Source: Octopus vulgaris
Lineage: Eukaryota
Length of the DNA: 64,000 bases
Assembly (NCBI GenBank): GCA_951406725.2
Contig: OX597815.1
Location: forward strand, 138,446,001 to 138,510,000
Direction of reading: 5' to 3'
Shown here: positions 27,600 to 40,676 of the stretch, in pieces
Layout: the number at the start of each line of letters is the position of its first letter
How positions within the stretch are numbered: position 1 is the first letter of the stretch
The notes under the pieces: generated by a model
Database searches by the model: none
What the model was told of the DNA's origin: nothing
The model's input: the letters and a program-made list of their open reading frames with translations, nothing else
Translations under genes and position numbers: made by a program

Positions 27600-29210
27600 A
27601 TATTGTTCTCTTGGAGATTAGCAAGACTGAATATTGAGCTTGAACAGAAGCTACAAGTAGTAAGAAAAATGAGGGTGTCATCCTATTCCAGATTGTTGAA
27701 ATTCTAAGAAGAGAGCTTTAGATATAGTGATTTGTTTGCGACTCAAAAATGGGTGAAGAGACAAGTGGTTTTTGCCTGAACGTGAGTTAGAGTTCGTGGT
27801 AATAGCTGTAAAAGAGAGGAGGCAGAATGAGGGAACACCAAATCGGTACACAAGATGTTGGAGTGTGTTGATGTGTCACTCTTTGTTAATTAGTCGGAGG
27901 ATATTTTCTTCAGAAGCAGAGGATGAGTTTGCGTGTGAAAGCTGCGTTGTATCAAATTGGGATCATTCATTGTAGATCTCACTTATGTTTGGTAAAGTGT
28001 AAGCAACCATTTAGGGCTGATGTATTTTCAGGCAATAAAAAGAAAGATTAATATCGGGAATATAGCCGTTGTGATGTTATGAATATAAGATTGCCATACA
28101 TTCATCCTTATAGAGGTTTAGCATTTAGAGCGTTTTCAATTTTTATAGTATGTTTTTCAAGTTTAGAAAATGTGATATAGAAAACTGTTTCCATGTATGT
28201 TAATGATTGTACCTTTGCGTGGTTGGAGAATATGATATAATCATAGTGTTATTATTACAAGATATTTATAGATCTCTGTTAATAGTAGTTTATGATTGTC
28301 TAGGTTGCTTATAGACGGCACATATACTGGGAAGGTTAGCACCGAGTGAAGAAAGTTAGTATATGCATGGGAGTAAGAGGTGGTAAAGGAGGAGACATGC
28401 AGGAAGTTGTTACTGTATGGGAAGAAAACAGCAGATGGTTCGTTGATGAGAGAGGGAGCTCAGTCTGTGCATACTGCAGTGGTGCAATACGACAGAACTG
28501 TAGGATTATAATACAATAAATGGGTGTTTGATGAAGCCCATGGGAGTTTCCGTGTCAGTCAGGTAAAAAGCAATTGTCAAGAACAAAGGAATTGTTTTCG
28601 CCGAATTTCAATTATGATGTGCCACTGGTGTATGACATAGACTAAAATTTCAGTAGACCCGGCGCTACTAATACAGTAATTACTAAGAACAGGCCATTAC
28701 GCTTTAGCTGGTAGGCGTAGTTTACAGCGTGATCAGTGTTGTTGCCTTTGACGGGAATGAGGCATATTGCTTCAGAATGTATTATCGATAATAGGGGTAC
28801 ACTGTTTGAAGTCAATGAGAAAGTCATTGCAATAATCGTTGGTCTAATTGACTTGAAGGGAAGAGAAGTGATTGCAGACTGATATAAGTAAAATGGAAGC
28901 TCAAAGTTTTTTTGAGTATGTGAAATGTATAGTCGGAAACAATTCGAGCATCAAGTGCGAAAGTTTTCACGGTGGTGCTACCGTGGTCCAAAACTGGTTG
29001 GTACACGCTTTACGTAAAAACAGAGGAGGGAAATCTTTTTGGGAAGGGACAAGAAGGATTGATTGCAATTAGGGAAACAGGAGAGTTTGCATGCTTTGCG
29101 GTACATAGAGACAGATTTGAATGTCTGTCGTTCACTACTGTTGCAGTCTAGATAAACTTCGTCCGAATAGTAGAAGTGGTGATGTTTTCCCGACATTGTA
29201 GGTAGCATTT
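27600..29210 (-). mobile_element. heavily decayed Penelope-like element (RT and probable GIY-YIG remnant)
   Basis: Minus-strand motifs occur in the expected order: FLSLPKK, QPVLDHGST, NDFL, LLSI..IPV, ENNSFVLDN/FYLTD.ETPMG, FFPYSNNFL (decayed RYxDD), AYTLPNISEI, LIFLTTCSFC. Confidence 0.6.
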
Positions 29211-29843
29211 GTAACTTGTAATGATCCAGCGCAGCTATGTGTGAAGTATTATGTTGATTTGAAGTTATGTGCTTCTTAGGTGAGAAATTTGGATGGGGAT
29301 GCTTGTGAAGATTGTTTCATACATACGTTTGATGATTCAAATAGTCAAATAGAGCCCATTTTCGCCCATGAAAATTACCTTAAATATAGCAAAACTTCGT
29401 ATAGTTAGCTGTTTTTAAGTTCTCTACGGAAGTTGTGTCATGTGATCTGTTTCAGGTTGCTGAGATTAGACTGTGGTTAGACGATCCAATAGAGACGGTA
29501 TTGACAAATAATTCAAGTAAAATGCTTTCATAAAATACTATTTCTGATTGACAGAAATAGTGAATGAATCACAAGTAGTTTGATGAATCACAAGTAGTTC
29601 AAACAAATGTATACTGTTTGTTGTATTTAGTTTTGGTATGCTTTGCGAACTATTACATGTTATAGTTTATAATAGTCCATTGTGCATCACTAGATCTGGG
29701 TGTATATACTGTAATTTTTATAAAATGCGGACAAATTCTTATATTTAAAGTTGTCTTTGTGGTTTTTGTAAAAAATATGTATTATGTACAGATTTTTTAA
29801 ATGGCTAATGTCAATATAATCTAAACAGGTTGTAAGATGTCTT

Positions 29844-29930
<87 letters not shown>

Positions 29931-29972
29931 GTCTGTCTGTCTGTCTGTATGTCTGTCTATCTGTCTGTCTAT
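29844..29972. repeat. (TATC)n/(TGTC)n microsatellite
   Basis: Seen directly. Confidence 0.9.
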
Positions 29973-30085
29973 ATAAATTTGCATGTATCTCTATTGCTTA
30001 TACACATATTCATATATGTACAAGCATTTGTCTGAGTAATAGATATACATATGCATATACATAGACATATACGCATACATACATA

Positions 30086-30518
30086 TGTGACCGTTGACCG
30101 ACTGCTAGCCCTTTTGCATCGGATCACGGTCACGTTCACATCAACGTTTTTCTCTGCTGTAAGGCTTAATTCCCAACACGCCAGCTGAATTCAATTCGTC
30201 TCCAGTCGAAAGACGCCAATTGTTATGTCCTGTTATTATTAATATTATTATTATTGTTTTCTTGTATTACTTTTGTATTTATATTCGTGTAACATCGTCC
30301 GTTTTTCCGTCCTTGTTTCGTATACATTCGATCCGTTTCCCAAGGAATCTAATGCTCTTAGCTTAGTTTTTCCTTGGGGCTGGCGAGATTGGAGCAATCT
30401 CAAGATTAATCAGCCAAAATTGCGAGGATGATCAGGTATTTGACTGAAGATTAAAGGCTTCTGTCCGTGTTTTTTGTATCGTCTATCTGGATGTTTTGCG
30501 TTCTTGTCCTATTTTGTA
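30086..30518 (+). mobile_element. structured interspersed repeat, possibly a solo LTR
   Basis: Begins TG and is bounded by microsatellites. Internal hairpins are GTGACCGT/ACGGTCAC, CCCAAGGAA/TTCCTTGGG and GAGATTG/CAATCTC. No terminal CA or TSD seen. Confidence 0.3.
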
Positions 30519-30540
30519 TTTATATATATATATATATAGT

Positions 30541-30582
<42 letters not shown>

Positions 30583-30621
30583 TGAGAAAGTTGGTATGTG
30601 AAAGCACGTGGTTGAATATAT

Positions 30622-30813
30622 AGAAAATAGTAAAAGTGAAAAAACTACAGAAGGCTTGTTTTAGAAGGTTAAAAAATATTAAAAAATATTCTTCAAAAAG
30701 TATGTCATTGTAGAAAAAAAATTTATAACATCCTTCAGACATATTGACTCAAACATATTTTTTAACCTTCTAAAACAAGCCTTCTGTAGTTTTTTCACTT
30801 TTTACTATTTTCT
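30622..30813. repeat. inverted repeat, 58/59-bp arms, 75-bp spacer
   Basis: 30622-30679 is the reverse complement of 30755-30813 with one indel. Confidence 0.9.
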
Positions 30814-30826
30814 CTATATATATATA

Positions 30827-30911
<85 letters not shown>

Positions 30912-31576
30912 ATATATACACGCACCACCCAAATTCTTAAATCCTTCATTCCATACTACTATCTCCCTCTCTGCCCCATCACTTAGATTCTATCTCTGCA
31001 CAATTGACACTCCTTTATTTTTAATACCTCTCTCTCTATCACCCCTTCCTTCTGTCTTTTTACACTCTAATACCTTACTCCCTTTATCACCCTTATCTCC
31101 CCATTCCTACTTTCAAATTATCTCGACTGACCACTATCTGGTGCACTTTCCGTTACTATCTTTTTCTTGTTATTCCTTTTTCTTTTTTCTTTCTTTTATT
31201 CATTCCTCTCTTCCCGATTTTCTTCTTTTTTGTATTTTTTAAATTATTTTATTATTTTTCTTATTTTCTTCCCTTTCTTTTCTCTCTTTGCTCTTTTTCT
31301 CTTTCTTTATTCCTCTCTTCCTGTTTTCGATTTGACCTTACTAATACATTCCGTACTTTTAGCTTACTTTAAATAAAACCCTTGATTCAATGACACTGTG
31401 TATAAACTCTATGCTTGGAAGACCAATTGGAATCTTATATGTATAACATTCTGCCTAAATAATGGATCGACAAATGAAATATCCCTGCATATCTCACATC
31501 TATTTTAATTCCTCCATCTCACTCTGTATTTCGTATCTTATCTAAATTAACTGTTGCTTAACCATCTTCTCACACC

Positions 31577-31623
31577 GTCTCCGATGAAGGGATGTAATAA
31601 ATATCAAAAAACAGCTGTAAGAC
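31577..31623 (+). ncRNA. decayed type I hammerhead ribozyme
   Basis: GTCT-CCGATGA-agggatgtaataaatatc-aaaaAC-AGCT-GTA-AGAC. Stem I and the palindromic stem III are intact; U4 and the G of GAAA are altered. Confidence 0.5.
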
Positions 31624-31755
31624 CTCTTTATAAATGTTCTAAAATCTACACAGCCTTGGTTTTTTTTATCTCATTACGGAAATATATATATATATATATA
31701 CAAATATGTATATATATAAAACTTAATTGGAAGAAGACGACGCGTGCATTCAATC

Positions 31756-32064
31756 ATATAATAACAATTTAATAAATAAAACATATGCATGCATACATAC
31801 ATATATGTACATACCTACATCTATATGTAGGGCAGCTGAAGAAGGGGAATAATCCTTGTGTTGTATGTCTTGTACTCTGTTTTTTCGTTGTTAAAAAAAG
31901 TCCGTTTCCTTGTTTTGTTTTTATGTTTTCGTTTCTCGTTGTGTACTACGTTTATTTGTGGTGTCCTGTACCCATATATGCATGTATATATATATATAGA
32001 TGTAGGTATGTACATATATGTATGTATGCATGCATATGTTTTATTTATTAAATTGTTATTATAT
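31756..32064. repeat. perfect 71-bp inverted repeat, 167-bp spacer
   Basis: 31756-31826 is the exact reverse complement of 31994-32064. Confidence 0.92.
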
Positions 32065-32073
32065 ATATATATG

Positions 32074-32105
<32 letters not shown>

Positions 32106-32141
32106 CATTTATATATAATACATATATATGTAGATATACAT

Positions 32142-32178
<37 letters not shown>

Positions 32179-32196
32179 TATATGTATATATGTATA

Positions 32197-32250
<54 letters not shown>

Positions 32251-32440
32251 AGATAAGAAAATGTCGGAATAGATTATAGATTTCCTTCAGTTATCAACTT
32301 CCAGATAATGCCAATTCATATAATTTATTAACTAATTATTTAGATTAAATAGGAACATCCAAATCCAACAGAATAAGTCAGAATAAACAATACATATTGA
32401 TAAGTAAGATAATACCATAAGAATAATATATATAAAATGG

Positions 32441-32533
32441 ATCTTACAGCTGTTTCAGCCTGAAGATAAGAGTGTCTCATTATGCCCATATTAGTCAGAT
32501 GTATTGAGGTAATATGCAGTTAAAATTGAGTTA

Positions 32534-32578
<45 letters not shown>

Positions 32579-32596
32579 CAATGCCTCCTCAGAGAT
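32441..32596 (-). ncRNA. type I hammerhead ribozyme with very long loop II
   Basis: The minus strand reads ATCT-CTGAGGA-GGC-[~120 nt including (TA)n]-GCT-GAAAC-AGCT-GTA-AGAT. Confidence 0.65.
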
Positions 32597-33002
32597 TATA
32601 AAGTACAATTATAAAGATATAAAATGAAGATATAAAATGCAAATGTGAATATTAAACAAGGTACACACATACAAGAATATGCATATATACATATATACAT
32701 ATATATAAGTGTATATACACCTACATATACATATATATAAGTATATACATAATAATATACATACACATAAGGTAACAGTTAATCAGATCTATATACTGGA
32801 ATATACATATATATCCACATCAAAGTTTATACATACAAAGTCCAAAATTCATTGTATTACATTACTAAAAACTATTAATATTATTATTATTTTTATTATT
32901 AATAATACCAATATATTATATTTCTTGTATATGTGTACCTTGTTTAATATCCACATTTGTATCTTATATCTTCCTTTTATATCTTTATAATTGTACTTTA
33001 TA

Positions 33003-33377
33003 ATCTCTGACGAGGCTTTGAAATATATATTTTTTTTTTTTTTTTTTTTTTTTTGTACTTGTTTCAGTCATTTGACTGCGGCCATGCTAGACACCGCCTT
33101 TAGAGTGGTGAAAGAGTACAGCAGGGATCACCACCATCCCCTGCCGGAGCCTCGTGGAGCTTTTAGGTGTTTTCGCTCAATAAACACACACAACGCCCGG
33201 TCTGGGAATCGAAACCGCGATCCTCCGACCGCAAGTCCGCTGCCCTAACCACTGGGCCATTGCGCCTCCTTATATATATATAAGTAACTCATTTTTAACT
33301 GCATATTACCTCAATACATCTGACTAATATGGGCATAATGAGATACTCTTAACTTCAGACTGAAACAGCTGTAAGAT
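33003..33377 (+). ncRNA. type I hammerhead ribozyme, loop II interrupted by a SINE
   Basis: ATCT-CTGACGA(33007-33013)-GGC...ACT-GAAAC(33362-33366)-AGCT-GTA-AGAT. Confidence 0.6.
33030..33269 (-). mobile_element. SINE with family B head, family A-type tail and poly(A)
   Basis: 33269-33104 matches 8337-8500; 33103-33055 matches the tail at 48663-48710. The poly(T) at 33030-33054 on + is the A-tail. Confidence 0.85.
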
Positions 33378-35440
33378 CCATTTTATATGTATTATTCTTA
33401 TAGTATTATCTTACTTATTGATGTATATTGTTTTATTCTGTCTTATTCTGTTGGATTTGGATGTTCCTATTTAATCTAAATAATTAGTTAATAAATTATA
33501 TGAATTGGTATTATCTGGAAGTTGAGGATTGAAGGAAATCTATTCCTGCATTTTCTTTTTTTTTTTTTTTTGAATTTGAGGTAAGACATTTTACCTTCGC
33601 CCATATAATATAATAAATGAATTAATTGCATTGCAACTCTTAGCATTTATGTATTATCCTTCTGGGTACTATACTGGTAGTATATTGGATAAATGATATC
33701 CCATAGTGGGTTACACTCATAATCCCTATCTCACTTTGTACTTATATATATATATATATACATACATATACATACATGTGAATACGCACATACACACACA
33801 TATACATCCTTCAATTTACTGCTTCCAAATAAACGACACTAGTCGAAGACAGTAAGAAATTTGAGAAATAAGAGTAAATGAGAAAACAGGATTCTACTAT
33901 ATTTATCATATGCTTAACAGATTGCAGAGAATTCTAGATGCATGAAATTGATAGAAAACTGTGTCAGCTTATATAATTACGCTTGTAAATTCAATAACTA
34001 TTTCAGATTGGAATTAAAATTTTATCATCATCTAATAATAGAGAAAACTTAACTTTGTTGACAAAAAAAACCTAATAATTTATTTCGGTTAAAAATAAAT
34101 TATACGTTTGTGAGCATATGTTAAGTTACTCTCATTTCTCATTTCTTTCATTTTCTTTCTTTTTCTCTCTAACCACTCTATATTTGTCTCTTTATGTATG
34201 TGTGTATGTGTATGATGTCTAAACAATACCTGTCGGTATGTGAATATGGATAAATACGTACGTGATACATACATACATACATACATACATGCATACATAC
34301 ATACATGCATATACATACATACATACATACATACATACATACATACACACACACATATATACATTTATATCATTGTCATTATGTTAAACTGTCGTATGTA
34401 CAAATTTGGCTAAATAAAAAGTAGCGAAAACTGCATGAACAGTACATAGAATATGCACAGGAAGAAAGCAGTGAAAAAGCCCTTAAAATTGAAGACAAGA
34501 AACGGAGTGGGGGACAACTCAAATGCTATTAACTAACGCAGGTAATTTATTTTATGGTTCAGCAGTTCTGAGCGCGAAAAAATGTTTCTGAAAGTCACGA
34601 GTGCTGTGTTATTTCTTCATTTTGTAAGCATGTCCACGAGTGTTAGACGCATTGAATAATAAGAAAAGGATTGGAAAAAAGAGTTTTTATGTGTCCATGC
34701 CCAGGGAAGCAAGACGTTCAGAGTATGGCAGATGTATGGTAATATGTGTATGATATGAACAATAAGATAAGTTCACGAGAAATAATATAACTAAGGCGTA
34801 CTGATAGGAATTGTGGACGACTATTAAAGTTTTTCTGTACGTTAAATCGATTTGGAAAACTGAACAAGTATCAAAGTTTGTAAATAGTGAGCGTTTTTCA
34901 CTAAATGAAGCAGAATAGAATAGGTAGTATGCATATTAGTAATACATTATGAAAATAGGTGCTAAAAATACTACATAAGCTCTTCAATGAAAAGCTGAAG
35001 TGAAAACGAAATGAGTGATTGCGTTGATAAAATAGAAAATGGAGAAAATGTGTGGAAAGGTGCAATTCCTACAAAAGCGCAAAATATTGTTTGGCAGAAG
35101 AAATAATAGGTAAAGACGAAAAGGGGAGAAACAAGGAACAGGTCAAGAGAGGAGCGGAGAAGGAGAGTGAGAAAAGAGTGGAAAACTGAAGAATAGAGAA
35201 AAAGAGAAAGGAGAAAATAATGAAAATGACGAAAAGGAGAGGTTGAAAATAACATAAACAGTGTAAATAAATTCTTGTTTGAGTTAACACACATACATAC
35301 ATGCACACACACAAGCGAACACACATATAATACTCGCTGAGCAGCATTTATGTTATCCACCTAAATGTTTGCAGATCAACATGAACAGGGAGAAGATTCC
35401 AATAAAGGAAACCGATAGTGATTTGTGTATATATATATAT

Positions 35441-35460
35441 ACACACATATATATCAACTT

Positions 35461-35519
<59 letters not shown>

Positions 35520-35632
35520 CACACATATATATCAACTTTCTCATATATATATATATATATATATATACATACACACATATATATCAACTTTCTCATATAT
35601 ATATATATACATACATACATATATATCAACTT

Positions 35633-35637
<5 letters not shown>
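35441..35637. repeat. four copies of CATATATATCAACTTTCTCA separated by variable (TA)n
   Basis: Seen directly. Confidence 0.9.
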
Positions 35638-35674
<37 letters not shown>

Positions 35675-35684
35675 TCATACACAC

Positions 35685-35715
<31 letters not shown>

Positions 35716-36831
35716 TGTATGTATGTATGTATGAATGTATAGATGTAATATAGTAGCAATATATTTGTGTGCATAGGAGTTTATATGTATGTGTATGTGT
35801 GTATACAGTAGGTTTAGATTCGAAAGAAACGAACGTTGCAAGTGCCATACAGATTAAATATTTTTTATTAATAATTGTGTTCTGATGAAGTCATTGTATG
35901 ATATTTTAAGTTCGTTCGTATTACCCAGTTCAGGTCACATGGTGTTTGGCGACAGCTGATTCATGTACGATCTGCTGTGTATTATTCAACGCCGTTCTTG
36001 TGTTTCTGTAAATTATTAGCAAAAATTATGAAATATATATGTCACCCGAAGGTTTAAATTTTAGTTGATATGAAGCTGTATTGATGCAAGTAGTATAAAA
36101 GTCTGCAAATACCGAAATAAACTCACCAGTGGATTGAAAGGACTCAGTAATTCCAAGGCAATAATTTATAGATTGAACTTACTCCATTTGATGGTATTCT
36201 GAGGAACAACACGTGACCCATATGTAAGAACATGTGCTGCAACACGCAGCATATGTTCTTATTTAGGTTCAGAGTTTAGGAAATATCCAACTCAACGTCT
36301 CGATTTTCCCAGACAAGACTCAATCCTCTTTTCCCTTGCGGGTGTAACTGTCTTTTCTGTTAATCTGAGAAATTTTACATATCAAAACAACCCGCTGTAT
36401 TCCTTTAAAATTTGACCGAGCATTCTTTAGTACAGTTTAAATCATTGGATGATATAATTACATAATTTTTACTGAAAGTTTGAATAATACAGATTTAAGT
36501 CACAAGATTATATTACCTATATGCACATGTATATTTACATATATGTATATATTTGTAAATTTATACATATACATAAGTAAGATGTACGCACGATGAATAA
36601 CTATTCAGATTACTTTTTTACATCTTCCTATCACTTAAGTATACGAATCATGCGCACAAAAGCACAGAACACACATATGTACAATATCTTGACTTCAAAC
36701 GTCTAAGAGAACTCTCTTGCAAATTTCATGCACAAAACTGAATGTGTGTTGGTACATTGCATTAAGAATTTTGGAAGTTGAAACTTAATTCTATCTAATT
36801 ATATTATATTATATTATACTATATTATATCA

Positions 36832-36894
<63 letters not shown>

Positions 36895-39800
36895 CACTAC
36901 ATATTTTTACACCACTACCGTCACTACTATCACAACCACCATCACCACCATCACCACTACTAGCAACAACAACAACAACAGCAAACAACAAAATATTCCT
37001 CAATGAGTTTTGGATTTTAACATCATGCTATATTTGGGTTTGCAATGATATATTTAGCTGTTTCATATTTCTGAGTGAATATTTCGCAATATTTATCATT
37101 AAAATAGCGCCTTATTTCAACAATTTGCTTCTGACGTGACATATTACATATAATTATACTGCAGGTAATCGAATTAGCCATGGATATGTAGATAAATTGA
37201 TTTTATATTTCTTTTTTTATGAGGTGATGAAGATTTGCTGCTGTAAATTTTCAAATCGTTTATATATGGTGTAACATATGAACACTACAGTTCCAAGATA
37301 CACTTCCACTACAGTTCATTTGATAAAGATAATTATTTCTTACTATTCCTCGTAATTACAAATGAAATATATTTTACTGTTTCTGGGGAACTATAGTGTT
37401 GGTTTTCTTCATCATTTCTCAATTCTGTTTGTGACAAATATCTAAAACAGTAAATTTACTCCCATTGGTATTTGAACCTAAGCTCGACGAGGATAAAATT
37501 AACTACCGTGGTTGTTAATAGCCGTGTTAGGTGCAGATGTATCTGTCCTTAACTCGGCAGTCAAATCCATCACAATCACCAAGGTTAGTAATGTACATCA
37601 AACGGTAATGAATTTAGTATCACTACCTCGTGTATTTTCTCTATACATTTACACTAAAACGCAAAATAATGTGATTAAATTATGGAAACCAAAGTAAATA
37701 GTTTTGAATAAAACATAAGCAGGAGATGAAATCACAATGAGCATCATTCTGATATATTGTTCTGTGCAGGGATGTGGTTTCATTTTCTGGAATCAAAAAG
37801 TACCTTCAGGACATACATAGAAGTTGCTTGAATAGAATCTTTGAAAACATTGCCGCTTATATGGACAGATATAATACTAGGTACATTATTTAGGGGATAG
37901 CCTAAAAGTTTGAAGATCTGGGCAAAATATATCTATTTAGAAAGGTAATTCAGGTAATTCTTAATATATTTCCATCTATTGAAGAAATAACCTACTCGGA
38001 AGCGATTTTGTTTCGACGAAATATTTCTTTTCTTTGGTAAGCCTACATGTTTTAAGAGATACATATAGCGTGGGATAATTATTAAATATTTTAATAGAAT
38101 CAGTGTAAATAAACTTGGAATACAGTTTGAAAATCGATATACTAATATAATCAGCGTCTCTTTGCTTGCGAATATATAAAACTCTATATGATAATCATGA
38201 TAAGTGTGTAGTTGACGTAGATGATATGAAGATGAGGTTTGCTGATGTTAATATATCTATTGAAAATTGTGCTGCAGAGCCACTTACATACTTCTGACGA
38301 AATGAGTAGTCAATGATTATTTCTTCTTCGGCTTGGCGACAAAATTTATAAAGAAAAAAAAACATTACACCGCATAGCAGATTGTGTCGAATCTAGTTTC
38401 TTACAGATTTGTTAGTACTACATACTTTGAAAGGATTTGAAACATTGAGAATATTTCTCTCCGGGTTATGAAAGTATATAAGAATTTAAGAATTTTTATA
38501 CAGCAATATAAGTATTTAAAAATTACGTGGTATTTCGTCTGGTGGGAATTAAACAACGAGCTAAACGGTCAATGAAATAAAGTAATTATATTATTTAAAT
38601 GTTAAGAAAGTGTAATCAATAGATATAAATAGCGTCTTTTTAAGTTTAATTTTTTTGTCAATGAAACACGAATATATTTGTCTATACATTCATTACTGCT
38701 CTGTGAGACTAAAGGATATATCTATGACATATCTTTATAAATTCTCATTTCATAATTGAAATTCATTAAGTACCTCCTGAGAGGCAATTAAATTTTAATC
38801 TATGTTGTCATAAATATTTATCACTAAGATTGCTAAAATAGGTTTGCAATGGAATCCAAATTGTGATATGAAATAAAACGAATATAAACTCGTGCTCTCA
38901 TGTTCGTAGCGGATTTTGATATACATTTGGGTTGCCTACATTTATAATCCGTTCAGAAATATATATTCACAATGAATTAATAACAATATCCGCATGTAAA
39001 GTTTATGACATTAGTCCAGGAACTCAGAGAATTCTTAACAATACAAATGTTTAAATCCAAATTATCACATCCTAACATCTTTTGTGGCGACAGGATAGTG
39101 CAAACTTGGTGTAATATCGAACAAGTTTGATAAAGTGTAAGTAGCATTGCTGTACAAACTATTTCCAGCGTAAAATGTAATAAAGTCTATTAATTTAAAA
39201 CCATTTGGGACAAATTGTTTAATCACAGACCTTAAATTCATTTAAAACTTATCAGCATAGATGGCATAAAATTAATTTCATACTTGAAGAGTCTACACTA
39301 AACTATGGCATGTCAGCATTTGATAAGAAACTTATAAAATGCATTTAAGTTGTTCAAATTCTAACTCACCGTTGATAAGTAGGAATAAAACGAGCTTTGT
39401 CGAATTCCTATACATCCCTAGCGATTATATTACAGCTATAATTTGAATAACTTTACTTACTGCAGTATATTTTATTAGTCTAATTTCCCTTGCATCGATA
39501 TTCTGCTTACTTCAAGATTACCTTGATAAAGTTCGACGTTTAGTTGTATCTGTGCATCAGTTCCTATTTTTATTATCTATACATGGAATACTGTTAAGCA
39601 GGGCGGCCAATAACGAAGTTTATGACCCCTGAATATTATTGATGATAGAGACCAGCATCAAGGAACGACTTCTACAAACTTTCCTCAAATATATATAAAT
39701 GATTATTAGAGAACTGAAAATGGAACTTTCGTTAATAAATTCTGAATATAAAAGTAACACATGGAAAAATAACTCCAAATCAGTCAAGACAAACACAGAA

Positions 39801-40513
39801 AAGATCAATAAAAAGCAAGTATGTTTCAGAAATAATTAATAGATTTGATCAGTTGGAAATACTGAAAAAGTTTGACATTGCATTCTTAAGACAATAAATT
39901 CATGTAATTTTCTTCAAGCCTTCATCGAAATCTGGTTAAGAATCGTTGAGTAGCAAATAGAGAGTATTCCTTTTATGCCGAAGTATAAAATAGTTTGAAA
40001 GTGAAAATCATGATGCAGTTAGGGGACTCGAAAAAGACGATGTGTCTGACAAAACTCATAAATGCACTATTCTATGGATATTCCACTGAATAGTTGAGAG
40101 CAATGAAAGATATAATTAGAGAGTATTCAGCTCGAATAGTTGTTTCTGGGTATGGAACTCGGTTAATTATCGGCAACCATATACAGAGAGACTTAGCGTT
40201 TGATTAATGCGAAGACGAGTAATAGAACTTCTAAATACTCAACTTGATCAAATTTTGGTCGAATAAACAAGACATTCAGAAGCAACAGTACGAATTAAAA
40301 AATTTTTTTGAAGTGTTAAAAATTATGCTTATGTGTGTGTTATATTTTTTATTCAGAATTCAGGTTTTATGCGAAGGTACGAAAAAATCTAGATATAAAA
40401 TTGAAAGCAAAAAATGATTGATGTATTTATTAATGAGCTGCAATTATTATACTGTCTGAAATCATCTTGATGAAATCATAAGGCAATTATTGTTTCTTCC
40501 AATTCTCCATGAA

Positions 40514-40676
<163 letters not shown>

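Larger units (their letters stand above)
32255..33557. mobile_element. fold-back element with ~420-bp inverted arms (PLE pLTR-like), each arm carrying a hammerhead
   Basis: 32255-32677 matches the reverse complement of 32922-33557 with scattered mismatches. The right arm is interrupted by a SINE. Confidence 0.85.

Noticed and set aside
34582-34623. Signal-peptide-like mini exon MFLKVTSAVLFLHF|gtaagc
   Set aside because: Too short to distinguish from chance, and no linked exon is identifiable.
35441-35637. Repeat-spacer pattern resembling CRISPR
   Set aside because: The spacers are only (TA)n.
39699-39818. 40-codon frame ending at caa|gtatgt
   Set aside because: No clear acceptor or homology.
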